64,000 nucleotides of DNA from Microbotryum violaceum (taxonomy: Eukaryota). Made by a program: the position numbers and the translations under genes. Shown piece after piece: positions 25,911-37,762 of the stretch. The notes beneath the pieces were generated by a model, which was not told where the DNA came from, did not search any database, and saw nothing but the letters and a program-made list of their open reading frames with translations. The stretch covers positions 1,860,001-1,924,000 of the forward strand of contig CDLV01000007.1 of the NCBI GenBank assembly GCA_001244265.2, written 5' to 3'. Position 1 is the stretch's first letter. The number at the start of each line of letters is the position of its first letter.

Positions 25911-27006
25911 TATTTGATCAACTCTACTACGTCAGCAATGTAGTTATAGCCAAGAGTGATGAATAGGAAGCTAACAATAAGAGACCTGCGCGCCCCAAGT
26001 CCACAGCCAGCGAGCCTTGGGGCTGAGTCAATGGCCCAGGCTCCCTCCGTGTGTCTAAGTCCCAGGCTCGCTCCGCGCGCCTAAGTCCTGGGCCGGGGCG
26101 CCCGGCTCGCTCCGCATGCCTAAGTCCTGAGCTGAGGGAAGAGTGGATTCCTCACACCCCCCCCAGCGAACGCAAGGTAGACTTGAGCCGTGGATGTCGC
26201 ATCCGGAGGCCAAGAGCATAGCAATGTGTACCGAAAATCTTGGGGCCCAGCGCTTTGATGAATACATCCGCAACCATGTTTGCTGTGCCAACGTGTGAGA
26301 GGGAGATATTGCCCCGATTGACCATGTCACGGACAAAATGCTCGCGGAGGCGGATGTGCCGGGTGCCAGAGGTGCGAACGGGGTCGTGAGCGACGGCGGC
26401 AGCGGCCTCGTTGTTGGTGAAGATGTGAGCTGCAGCAATTGGGCTAACGTGGAGCTCGGAGAGGAGTTGTGTAAGGTAGATCGCTTCCTTACCCGCGTGC
26501 GACAAGGCCAGGTACTTGGCATCAGTGGTGGAATCCGCCACCCAAGTCTGACGCTTCGATGACCAAGAGACGGCGGCGCCTGCCAAGTAAAATACATAGC
26601 CCATCGTCGAGATGGATGTGTCAACGCAGGCGCCCCAGTTCGCATCAAAATAACCAACCACACCCGTGACTTTTGCTGGACTGTGGGCATAGAGAAGCTC
26701 ATCGCGGTACGTGGTGCAAAGGTAGCAAAGGACATGTTTGACGGCAATCCAATGGCGGCAGCCAGGGTTGTTGGTGAACCGGGACAGGTACGAGACGGCG
26801 AAGGCAATGTTGGGTCGAGTGCCAAGGGAGATGTAAAGGAGGGAGCCAATGGCCTGTAGGTACCACAATTGAATGCGCTCCGTTCCCTGACCCAGAATTG
26901 CCGTGAGCAAGAGGCCGGGCGTCATCGGCACTGTAGCGCCGCGTGTTGTGGTGTCAAAGTGGAAACGGGCCAGCACGTCCATGATGTAGCGCTCCTGGGA
27001 TAGAGC
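25911..27006 (-). mobile_element. 3' fragment of Copia element: RT/RNase H end, PPT and LTR family B (25911-26156, single 3' unit)
   Basis: ORF 26152-26982 with RNase H motifs; G-run immediately before TGTGAGGAATCCACTC. Confidence 0.88.
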
Positions 27007-28082
27007 TGTAAAGAGTCCACTCTCAGCTCGACAGAGGCGCCTCGGTCGTCGCGCGCACCCGCTAGCCCGCCCCTTGCGGTGGGGACTTAGGCGCGCACGA
27101 CTGCCTCAGCGAGCAGGCGCCAGCGGACTCGGGCGCGCGCCCGCTAAGCCGCCCCCTTGAGGTGGCGACTTAGACGCGCGCAGCTGCCTCAGCGCCCTAG
27201 CAAGTTCACCCGCGGCTGGGCCTATCCCAGTGCGGGCCCCCTTTCTGTTTCTTAGCTTCCCTCTCACCACTTCTGTTTGACAATCAACCTCTCCTGACAG
27301 TAGTGGTGATCGTCTCATAGGTTATTCGCCCATCGAACTACCGCTGGCATGGACGACACGTCGCCACCCCTAGCGACGGGTGTCCACCCGACATTTCCCG
27401 CCGACCAGCTTGTCGCCCTTACGTTGCTGCTGTCGGGTCTCACCGCTGCCGCGTCCGGCACTGTCACAACCACCACGTTGTCTAGCACCACCCGCCCCGC
27501 CTTTCCCAAGCACGCACGCTTGGATGGGCCAAAGACATTTGCAAATTGGACACGCCAACTTCGCCTGTGCCTAGCGGACGACATCCGCTCGTACGTCCTC
27601 GACGGCATCGTGCCCATCGACTGGACCCCTTCGCAACGCTCCGCCCGCGATGTCGTGGCCCGCAAGCTCCTAGCGAACTCGATCGACTCAGCCGACGTCT
27701 CGGCAGTCCTCGACCAAATCCCTACCGCCGACCTCACAGCGCCCAAAATGTACTTGACGCTGAAATCGCGGTATGCTCCTGACGACGCCACTCGCACGCT
27801 CGAGCTCTTCTCCCGACTGTGGAGTTTCCGGCCCATGCCCGGCACCGTTGGCGAATTCGACGGCTGGATCATGGAGTTCAAAGCTATTGCGCAAGAAATC
27901 ATCGATACGAAGACCACGATCAACGATGTTCTCGCCACACTCCTCCTCGCCATCGCTCACCCGTCCCTCGAGAGTTTCAAGGCGTCGTTCACCGATGAAC
28001 AGCGCACCCAACAAGCTCTCCCTGTCATTGATTCGCTCGCCGACCGCATGCGTGTTCAACTCCGGTCCACCAACGTCCCCAG
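27007..28082 (+). mobile_element. 5' fragment of Copia element: LTR family A (27007-27319, single 3' unit), PBS and gag from 27349
   Basis: CTCATA|GGTTATTCGCCC followed by gag [16 protein letters not shown]; cut by LTR-B at 28083. Confidence 0.88.
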
Positions 28083-31000
28083 TATTCGATCACTCTACTA
28101 CGTCAGCGATGTAGTTCTAGCCAAGAGTGATGAATCATTACAACATACCTATTCGATCAACTCTACTACATCAGCGATGTAGTTATAGCCAAGAGTGATG
28201 AATAGGAAGCTAACAACAAGAGAGCCGCGCGCCTCACGTCCTCAGGCTGCGAACCTTGGGGCTGAGCCAATGGCCCAGGCTCGCCCTGCGCGCCTAAGTC
28301 CTGGGGCTGTGTGCGCCTGGCTCGCTCCACGCGCCTAAGTCCTGAGCCAATGCGCCTGGCTTGTTCTGCGCGCCTAAGTCCTTGGCCGGTGCGCCAGGCG
28401 AGCGTGCGCCTAAGTCCTGGGCCGGTGCGCCAGGCTCGCTCTGCGCGCCTAAGTCCTGAGCCGAGCGGAGAGTGGATTCCTCACAGTCTCTTGGGGGAAT
28501 GTGACTCTGAGTCGGGAAAAGGAAGACGATGGCCTTTGGAACCAAGGCAAGCATTGCAAACAAACTCGTCTACGTCTTTGTCACTGTACCTGGCCCCGAA
28601 ACCGTCCAGCAAACCTGCAGCAATCATCTTTTGTATGGAGGATGGGGCAAGATGGCCGAGGCAGCGGTGAAGGGTAAGCAGGGGCACGGGAGACTCAGAA
28701 CGTGAGAGCAAGGCAAGCTGCTGACATTGGGTGTGGTCCGCATCCAAAAGGTAGAGACCGTCGTTGACGCAAGTCCCATGAGCGATGGCCTGGCCGTCCT
28801 TGGCAATGTCGATCCCGTCGCTGGTGAAGGCGAGTCGAACGCGGTCGGTGTCGCAGAGGCGAGAGACAGAGAGAAGGTTGACGTGAAGACCAGGCGTGTG
28901 AAGAACGCCACGCAACGTGATTGGGTGTCCGGTCTTGGTAATGAACGCCACATCCCCCATGCCAATGGCCGTGATGCCGCCTGCGATACCGCCGACCCTG
29001 GTGTGCGCCGTCTGACGATAAGTCGTGAACAGCGAGCGATCGGCGACCATGTGTGTCGTGGCGCCCGAGTCGACGACGAAGGCGTCGGTCGGGAGATGGC
29101 GGCGAGCGAGTAGGCAGGAGGCGAAATAGCCGACATTTGGTTGTTGAGCCGCCGATGAGGGTGTGTTGTCCTGGTTGTCGTCGCCGATTCGTTTTTGGTC
29201 GCCTCGCGGTTTGCAGTCGAGGGCCCAGTGACCCTTCTTGTAGCAGCGACGGCAGGGGCCGGTGGGGGGTGTTGAGCGCGTGAGGTGCAGTCACGAAGGC
29301 GGTGACCGGGGGCGCGGCAGGCAGGGCATAGGGAGGCGGTAGCGAGCATGGCCGAGTGCGAGGTGTAGAGTCCCGCCGAACAAAGTTGGACGCGAATGCG
29401 GTCGGTCAGCGTCGTCAGCTCGGGAAGGTCGCGTTGGTGGCGTTGCTCGTCCGTGAACGTGAGTCGAAAGCTGTCGAGGCACGATGGGACCATGGCAAGC
29501 ACGTGAGTGGCGAGTACGTCGTTGAGCGAAGTTTTGGCGTCGCGAATTTCTTGTACGATGGACATGTACTCGCGCAGCCAGGTGTCGTATGCCTCAACGG
29601 AGGCAGGCATCTTCCTGAAATCCCAAAGGCGGGCGAACAACTCGAGGGTGCGGGTAGCATCGTCCGGTGCAAAGCGAGCCTTGAGAGCGGTGAAGATGTG
29701 CGGTGCTGAGAGATCGTCATTGGGAATGGCGTCGAGTGTGGCCAAGACGTCCGCGGAGTCGATAGAGCCAACGATGAGTTCCCGGGCGTCGTCGTCACGG
29801 GCGGCAAGCTGATTGGCCGTCCAAGTAGCGGGAACAACACCTTCGAGGACATAAGCATGGACTTGATTCGGGAGCGCAAGACGGAGTTGACGCAACCAGT
29901 TGGTGAACGATTTGGGACCGTCGAGGCGAGCGTGTTTGGGAAACACGACTTTGGCTGAGGTAGCGGCGTTGGTCTGCGTGGCGGGGGCGGCCAGGAGTGC
30001 GGGGCAGCGGTGGCGGGAGAGTGCGAGGCCTGCAGGGCAGCGAGCTGTGCCTGTAGAGTTGCAATTTGTGCGGCAATCGAGGATTCAGGGGGGCTGGGAG
30101 AATCCTTGGGGGCAAGGGCGGTGCGAGAGCGGGAGAGTCGCCCATGGTGCGAATGGATGTGTGCGGTCGAGTGGCTAAGCTCGAGAAAAAAAATGCAAGG
30201 CGGCGAGGCTGGTAGCTCGTGGGCTTATAACCTATTCGATCAACTCTACTACGTCAGCGATGTAGTTATAGCCAAGAGTGATGAATCCATTACAACATAC
30301 CTATTCGATCAACTCTACTACGTCAGCGATGTAGTTATAGCCAAGAGTGATGAATAGGAAGCTAACAACAAGAGAGCCACGCACCTCAAGTCCTCAGGCT
30401 GCGAACCTTGGGGCTGAGCCAGTGGCCCAGGCTCGCCCTGCGCGCCTAAGTCCTGGGGCTGTGTGCGAGGCTCATTTCGCGCGCCTAAGTCCCAGGCTCA
30501 CTCCTCGTGCCTAAGTCCTGAGCCGGTGCGCCTGGCTTATTCCGCGCGCCTAAGTCCTGGGCCGGTGCGCCAGGCTCGCTCTGCGCGCCTAAGTCCTGAG
30601 CAGAGCGGAGAGTGGATTCCTCACAGTCTCTTGGGGGAATGTGACTCCGAGTCGGGAAAAGGAAGACGATGGCCTTTGGAACCAAGGCAAGCATTGCAAA
30701 CAAACTCCTCTACGTCTTTGTCACTGTACCCGGCCCCAAACCCGTCCAGCAAACCCGCAGCGATCATCTTCTGTATAGAGGATGGAGCAAGGTGGCCGAG
30801 GCAGCGGTGGAGGGTAAGTAGGGGCACGGTAGACTCAGAGCGTGAGAGAAAGGCAAGCTGCTGACATTTGGTGTGATCCGCGTCCAGGAGGTAGAGACCG
30901 TCGTTAACCCGTGTACCGTGAGCAATGGCCTGGCCGTCCTTGGTGATGTCGATGCTGTCGCTGGTGAAGGCAAGCCAAATGCGGTCGGTGTCACAAAGGC

Positions 31001-31675
31001 GAGAGACGGAGAGAAGGTTGACGTGAAGGCCCGGCGCGTGCAGAACGCTGCGCAACGTGATCAGGTGTCCGGTGTTGGCAACAAACGGTACATCCCCATA
31101 CCAATGGCCGTGATACCGCCTGCGATACCGCCGACCCTGGTGTGCGCCGTCTGACGATAAGTCGTGAACAGCGAGCGATCGGCGACCATGTGTGTCGTGG
31201 CGCCCGAGTCAACTACGAAGGCGTCGGTCGGGAGTTGGCGGCGGGCAAATAGGCAGGAGGCGAAATATCCGATGTTCGGTCGGTGAGCCGTGGCGAAGAC
31301 AAGTCGTCCTGGGTGTCGTCGCTGGTACGTGTCGGTTGGCCCCGGTTCTTGCAGTCAAGGGCCCAGTGACCTCGCTTTTGGCAGCGGCGGCAGGGGCCGG
31401 TGGGCGGATGCTTTGCACGTGAAGTGCAGTCGCGCAGGCGGTGGCCGGGGGCGCGGCAGGCGGGGCAAGAGGGGGCGTCGGCGAGCATGGCCGAATGCGA
31501 AGCCGAGAGGCCGGCGGATCGGAGCTGAACGCGGATACGGTCCGTTAAGGTCGTGAGCTCCGGGAGTTTGCGCTGGGCGCACTGCTCGTCCGTGAACGTT
31601 AGCCGGAAGCTGTCTAGGCAGGACGGTACCATGGCGAGGATGTGGGTGGCGAGTACGTTGTTCCGCGATGTCTTG
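28083..31675 (-). mobile_element. Tandem internally deleted Copia units with family B LTRs (28083-28485 and 30233-30625), each gag-protease-pre-integrase only
   Basis: Both LTRs abut the same integrase position (...SHSPKRL|TGTGAGG); PBS at about 30207-30232; no RT. Confidence 0.85.
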
Positions 31676-34600
31676 TGTGAGATCAAATATCTCCTTCATG
31701 TCCTTCTTGTATCTTGTACCTACCTCAACATCCTCCTCTCTTCGTTTTGATCACTTTTGGCCTACTTTTCACCACCTTAGCTCTCCCACTCTGGGCCTGG
31801 TCTCTGCACCTGGGCCAGGTCCGTGCGCCTGACTTTGGCTGGGCTGACTTGGGCCCAGCCAAATGGCCCCACTCTGGTTTCTCTCCTGCTCAAGCAACTT
31901 CTTGGTCTGGTCTCCCTTGGTCCTTTGATCAGAGACTTACCACCGCTTGAGCAGGTGAGCACTACTCTTCCTATCATCTTTCACCCCTCTAGATGTGGTA
32001 ACTTACTGTAGTGCTTGAGCAGGTGTGTAACAAGCAACTTCTTGGTCTGGTCTCCCTTGGTCCTTTGATCAGAGACTTACCACCAATTGAGCAGGTGTGT
32101 AACAAGCAACTTCTTGGTCTGTTCTCCCTTGGTCCTTCGATCAGAGACTTACCACCGCTTGAGCAGGCGTGACAACATCATACATAGGGATCAGGAGCTC
32201 CGGGATTTTTACTGCAATGCTTGTCTCGCTTCCAAAGCGCATGCCCTCCCCTTTGCCCGGTCCAAGTCCATTGCCTCTGGCCGCCTGGATCTCCTCCATG
32301 TCGATGTAGCGCAAATGCCTCGCCCTACATTTGGTGGACATCGGTACATGCTGGTCATCATTGATGACTTCTCTCGCAAGCACTGGTGTATCCTCCTGGC
32401 ACTCAAAAGTGACGTCTTCCCTCGCCTTTGCGACCGGATCCTTGAAGTCGAGAATGCCACCGGCAACAAGGTGAAGACCATCCGCTCTGACAATGGAGGC
32501 GAGTTTACTCTGGGCAACTTCGTTGACTTCTGTGCAAGCAAAGGCATTCGTCGGGAACTCACCATCCCCTACACACCCCAGCAAAATGGGCGTGTTGAGC
32601 GCAGCAATCGCACCTTCAAGGAGGGTATCCTTGCTCTGCTCTACTCCTCTGGCGCTGATTCACGCCTCTGGGGTGAGGCCGCTTTGTACTATGTGCACTG
32701 CAAAAACCTGATGCCTCACGCCGGCATTGGTGGTGAGATCCCCGACACTCGTTGGCATGGCTTTGCGCCTGACATCTCCACCCTTCGCGCATTTGGCTGC
32801 CGCGCTTGGCACCACCTTCCCTCGGCCAAGCGCACGGACCTCGACCCCAAGGCTGTAACCCTCCTGTTCGTTGGTTTTGACCACCATACCAAGGCTTTCC
32901 GACTCTTCGAGCCGTCCACGCGCAGGATACAACTCAGCCGCAATGTCGTCTTCCGTGAATCCGAGTTCCCTGCACTCCGGCCAGCCACCAACGTTCGCGC
33001 TGAACCAATCCCACTCCCCGTCACTGTTGACGCATACCCTGACCAGGTAGACCCCTTGAGCCTTCGCTCGTTGCTTCCCCTCGCTCACTCGCGCCTCGCG
33101 CTGAGCCACCTCGACCCGTGCCGGCAGCCCCTGACCAGGGCCCGCACCGTCCCGCCCCTGCCTGCGAGGTCCCTGACCAGGACTTGCTCGCACCCCCTGC
33201 CCCTGACCAAGGCTCCCCTGCTCGTGAGCTCCCTGACCCGGAATCACCTGCATCAAGCGCCTCTGACCAAGGTAGCTCTGACTCGGCCATCTCCACGCCT
33301 TGTCCTTCCCCGCGCCCCGTGGCCTCCCGTGCGTTGCCAGCGCCACCCTCACCCGCTCGGTCCGACTCCCCGGACCCGATCGATCTCCTGCCACGCCCAC
33401 GCGATGTTGCTTCGATATGCCAGGCGCAGGAGTTTCCCGACGACGTGGATGACGCACTCCACTCACCCTCTGCCGTGGCCTACCTTGCCTCTGGCGCTGC
33501 CGCCCTCATTGAGACCTCGCCCGCCGACCCTGCGGAACTGATTGCCCCCGCTCGCGACCCACCTCACTGGCGAGCGGCCATGGCCACTCCTCAAGCGGAT
33601 GAATGGCGTCTTGCGGCCCGCGACGAGTTTGACTCACTCTTGCAAGATTTTTCGGCGTTCACACCGATTGACGAGTCCCTTGTCCCAGCAGACGCCAAGG
33701 TCCTGGGCTCCCGCTTTGTCTTCCGCACCAGACGCGACCAGCATGGCCAAGTCAAGTCCTACAAGGGCCGTCTCGTTGCTCGTGGTGACTCCCAACGCTC
33801 TGGCATTGACTTTGACGAGACCTTTGCACCCGTGGCCAAATTCACCTCCATCCGCGCACTCCTGGCTCTTGCTGCTGCTCATGGGTACCACGTCCACCAG
33901 GCCGACATCGACAAAGCCTACCTGCACGGCAAACTCGATGCACCCCTGTACATTCGTGTGCCTGATGGCATCTACATGCCAGGCAAGGTCCTCCAACTGC
34001 ATCGGTCCCTCTATGGTTTGCGCCAGGCCGGTCGCATCTGGAACGACGAGATTGACTCTGCCTTGTCCGCACTCGGCTACGTCGCCACCGAATCCGACCA
34101 CTGCGTCTACGTCAGGACAACGGGTGATGTGCACCACTACATTGCGCTCTATGTCGACGACCTGCTCATGATCAGCCCCTCTCTCCCTGAGATTGAGCGT
34201 ACCCTTCAGGGTCTTGAGCAGCGCTATGGTGTCAAACGGCTCGGTGAGGCAGAATACGTCCTTGGCATCCAGATCCGGCGCTCTCCAGACGGTTCCATCT
34301 CTCTGAGTCAGGAACAATACCTCAAGGACGTCCTTGCCCGATTTGGAATGTCCGATGCCCATCCCGTTGCCACGCCCATGCAGCCCGATCTCCGCCTCGA
34401 AGTCGAGCTGCAGCCCACCCCATTCCCGGATCGCACTCGGTACCTGCAGGCCATTGGTTCCCTTATGTACGCGTCCACTGGTACTCGGCCCGACCTGGCT
34501 TACACCGTCGGTTACTTGGCTCGCTTCTCTCACTCGCCTTCCGCTGCTGCTTGGGGAGCTGTCAAACACGCCTTCCGTTACCTCGCTGGCACTCTTTCTC

Positions 34601-35629
34601 ACGGCTTACGCTACGCTCGTGGGAATCCGGCACCGCTCTTGGGCTACTCCGACTGCAACTGGGGTGCATGCGTCCTCTCTTCCAAGTCGACCATGGGTTA
34701 CCCTTTCGTCTATGCAGGTGCTGCCGTCTCATGGTCCTCCCGGCTTCAATCGCGTGTTGCCGACTCCACTTGTGACGCCGAGTACCTCGCACTGTCACAC
34801 GCTGGTAAGGAGGCAATCTTTCTGCGTCAGCTCTTTGGTGAGCTTGGCCTTTCGTCTTCAAAGCCCGTCCTCATCTACGGCGACAACCAAGGCGCCAATG
34901 CTCTCACCAAGAATCCGGTATTTCATGCTCGGACTCGGCACATCCGCCTGCGCGAACACTTCGTCCGGGATATGGTTTCCATGGGCGACATTGTCGTCCA
35001 GTACATCAACACTGGTGAGATGACAGCGGACATCTTCACCAAAGCTTTGTCACGCGACCTCTTTGCTCGGCACCGCGGTTGACTCGGTATCTGTCCTCCC
35101 TGATACTCGAAGTAGGGGGGGTGTGAGATCAAAATATCTCCTTCATGTCCTTCTTGTATCTTGTACCTACCTCAACATCCTCCTCTCTTCGTTTTGATCA
35201 CTTTTGGCCTACATTTCACCACCTTAGCTCTCCCACTCTGGGCCTGGTCTCTGCACCTGGGCCAGGTCCGTGCGCCTGACTTTGGCTGGGCTGACTTGGG
35301 CCCAGCCAAATGGCCCCACTCTGGTTTCTCTCCTGCTCAAGCAACTTCTTGGTCTGGTCTCCCTTGGTCCTTTGATCAGAGACTTACCACCGCTTGAGCA
35401 GGTGAGCACTACTCTTCCTATCATCTTTCACCCCTCTAGATGTGGTAACTTACTGTAGTGCTTGAGCAGGTGTGTAACAAGCAACTTCTTGGTCTGGTCT
35501 CCCTTGGTCCTTTGATCAGAGACTTACCACCAATTGAGCAGGTGTGTAACAAGCAACTTCTTGGTCTGTTCTCCCTTGGTCCTTCGATCAGAGACTTACC
35601 ACCGCTTGAGCAGGCGTGACATCATCACA
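31676..35629 (+). mobile_element. Copia family D element lacking PBS, gag and protease: LTR 31676-32182, integrase-RT-RNase H, PPT, LTR 35122-35629
   Basis: Near-identical LTRs; ORFs 32087-33541 (IRSDNGGEF) and 33118-35082 (YVDDLL, YSDCNW); PPT GTAGGGGGGG. Confidence 0.92.
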
Positions 35630-37273
35630 CTGGTCAGGGGCTGCCGGCACGGGTCGAGGTGGCTCAGCGCGAGGCGCGAGTGAGCAAGGGGAAGCAACGA
35701 GCGAAGGCTCAAGGGGGTCTACCTGGTCAGGGTATGCGTCAACAGTGACGGGGAGTGGGATTGGTTCAGCGCAAACGTCGGTGGCTGGCCGGAGTGCAGG
35801 GAACTCGGATTCACGGAAGACAAATTGCGGCTGAGTTGTATCCTGCGCGTGGACGGCTCGAAGAGTCGGAAAGCCTTGGTATGGTGGTCAAAACCAACGA
35901 ACAGGAGGGGTACAGCCTTGGGGTCGAGGTCCGTGCGCTTGGCCGAGGGAAGGTGGTGCCAAGCGCGGCAGCCAAATGCGCGAAGGGTGGAGATGTCAGG
36001 CGCAAAGCCATGCCAACGAGTGTTGGGGATCTCACCACCAATGCCGGCGTGAGGCATCAGGTTTTTGCAGTGCACATAGTACAAAGCGGCCTCACCCCAG
36101 AGGCGTGAATCTGTGATGTTGTCACGCCTGCTCAAGCGGTGGTAAGTCTCTGATCAAAGGACCAAGGGAGACCAGACCAAGAAGTTGCTTGATACACACC
36201 TGCTCAAGCGGTGGTAAGTCTCTGATCGAAGGACCAAGGGAGACCAGACCAAGAAGTTGCTTGATACACACCTGCTCAAGCACTACAGTAAGTTACCACA
36301 TCTAGAGGGGTGAAAGATGATAGGAAGAGTAGTGCTCACCTGCTCAAGCGGTGGTAAGTCTCTGATCAAAGGACCAAGGGAGACCAGACCAAGAAGTTGC
36401 TTGAGCAGGAGAGAAACCAGAGTGGGGCCATTTGGCTGGGCCCAAGTCAGCCCAGCCAAAGTCAGGCGCACGGACCTGGCCCAGGTGCAGAGACCAGGCC
36501 CAGAGTGGGAGAGCTAAGGTGGTGAAATGTAGGCCAAAAGTGATCAAAACGAAGAGAGGAGGATGTTGAGGTAGGTACAAGATACAAGAAGGACATGAAG
36601 GAGATATTTGATCTCACACCCCCCTACTTCGAGTATCAGGGAGCACAGATACCGAGTCGACCGCGGTGCCGAGCAAAGAGGTCGCGTGACAATGCTTTGG
36701 TGAAGATGTCCGCTGTCATCTCACCAGTGTTGATGTACTGGACGACAATGTCGCCCATGGAAACCATATCCCGGACGAAGTGTTCGCGCAGGCGGATGTG
36801 CCGAGTCCGAGCATGAAATACCGGATTCTTGGTGAGAGCATTGGCGCCTTGGTTGTCGCCGTAGATGAGGACGGGCTTTGAAGACGAAAGGCCAAGCTCA
36901 CCAAAGAGCTGACGCAGAAAGATTGCCTCCTTACCAGCGTGTGACAGTGCGAGGTACTCGGCGTCACAAGTGGAGTCGGCAACACGCGATTGAAGCCGGG
37001 AGGACCATGAGACGGCAGCACCTGCATAGACGAAAGTGTAACCCATGGTCGACTTGGAAGAGAGGACGCATGCACCCCAGTTGCAGTCGGAGTAGCCCAA
37101 GAGCGGTGCCGGATTCCCACGAGCGTAGCGTAAGCCGTGAGAAAGAGTGCCAGCGAGGTAACGGAAGGCGTGTTTGACAGCTCCCCAAGCAGCAGCGGAA
37201 GGCGAGTGAGAGAAGCGAGCCAAGTAACCGACGGTGTAAGCCAGGTCGGGCGAGTACCAGTGGACGCGTACAT
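35630..37273 (-). mobile_element. Inverted family D pieces: integrase fragment 35630-36111, LTR-D 36112-36618, PPT and RNase H
   Basis: Reverse-complement matches to about 32657-33138, 35122-35629 and 34466-35121. Confidence 0.9.
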
Positions 37274-37441
37274 TGTGACAAGTCCACTCTCAGCTCGGCA
37301 GAGGCGCCTCGGTTGTTGCGCGCACCCGCTAGCCCGCCCCCTGCGCTGGGGACTTAGACGCGCGCGACTGACTCAGCGCGCCAGCGCCGGGTGGATCCGT
37401 GCGCGTGCCCACTAGGCCGCCCCTTGCGGTGGGGACTTAGG
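37274..37441 (+). mobile_element. Truncated LTR family A
   Basis: TGTGACAAGTCCACTCTCAGCTCGGCAGAGG matches 45954; cut by the TRIM. Confidence 0.85.
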
Positions 37442-37695
37442 TATTAGGAGCAATATACCACTGCACCAAAAGGAGAGGCACCTCTACTTCAGGGAGCGCA
37501 TATTGTCCTAGAAGTGAGATGGAGGGAGGTTCAACACCCCCCTGTGCGCGAAGCTGAAGAGCTTGTGGCAGTGGGTGCGGCTTTGAAGGCAAGTGCGGGG
37601 CGCGCACGAAATTTGCCTGACCCAGGGGGTGCGGCTTTGGAGGCAAGTGCGGGGTGCGCGCAAAATTGCCTGACCCCAAGGGGGCTTGAACCCAT

Positions 37696-37726
<31 letters not shown>

Positions 37727-37762
37727 TATTAGGAGCAATATACCACTGCACCAAAAGGAGAG
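37442..37762 (-). mobile_element. TRIM-like miniature LTR element: 95-bp 3' LTR 37442-37536, PPT, 190-bp non-coding interior, PBS 37696-37726, truncated 5' LTR
   Basis: TATTAGGAGCAATATACCACTGCACCAAAAGGAGAG repeated at 37442 and 37727; G6 PPT; about 54-bp internal tandem duplication. Confidence 0.8.

Noticed and set aside
28290-28465. Telomere-like TTAGG/CCTAA motifs (also CCCTAACC at about 259 and 11541)
   Set aside because: Isolated or embedded in 33-bp LTR units; no tandem TTAGGG array.
33040-33140. Apparent conserved -1 programmed frameshift or intron between integrase and RT in families C and D
   Set aside because: The shifts are at different sites. D lacks one C in a run that has five Cs and is in frame in the inverted copy near 35715. 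The array copies lack one C near 53200 and 62415, and the 41337 element has a deletion. These are mutations or homopolymer errors.
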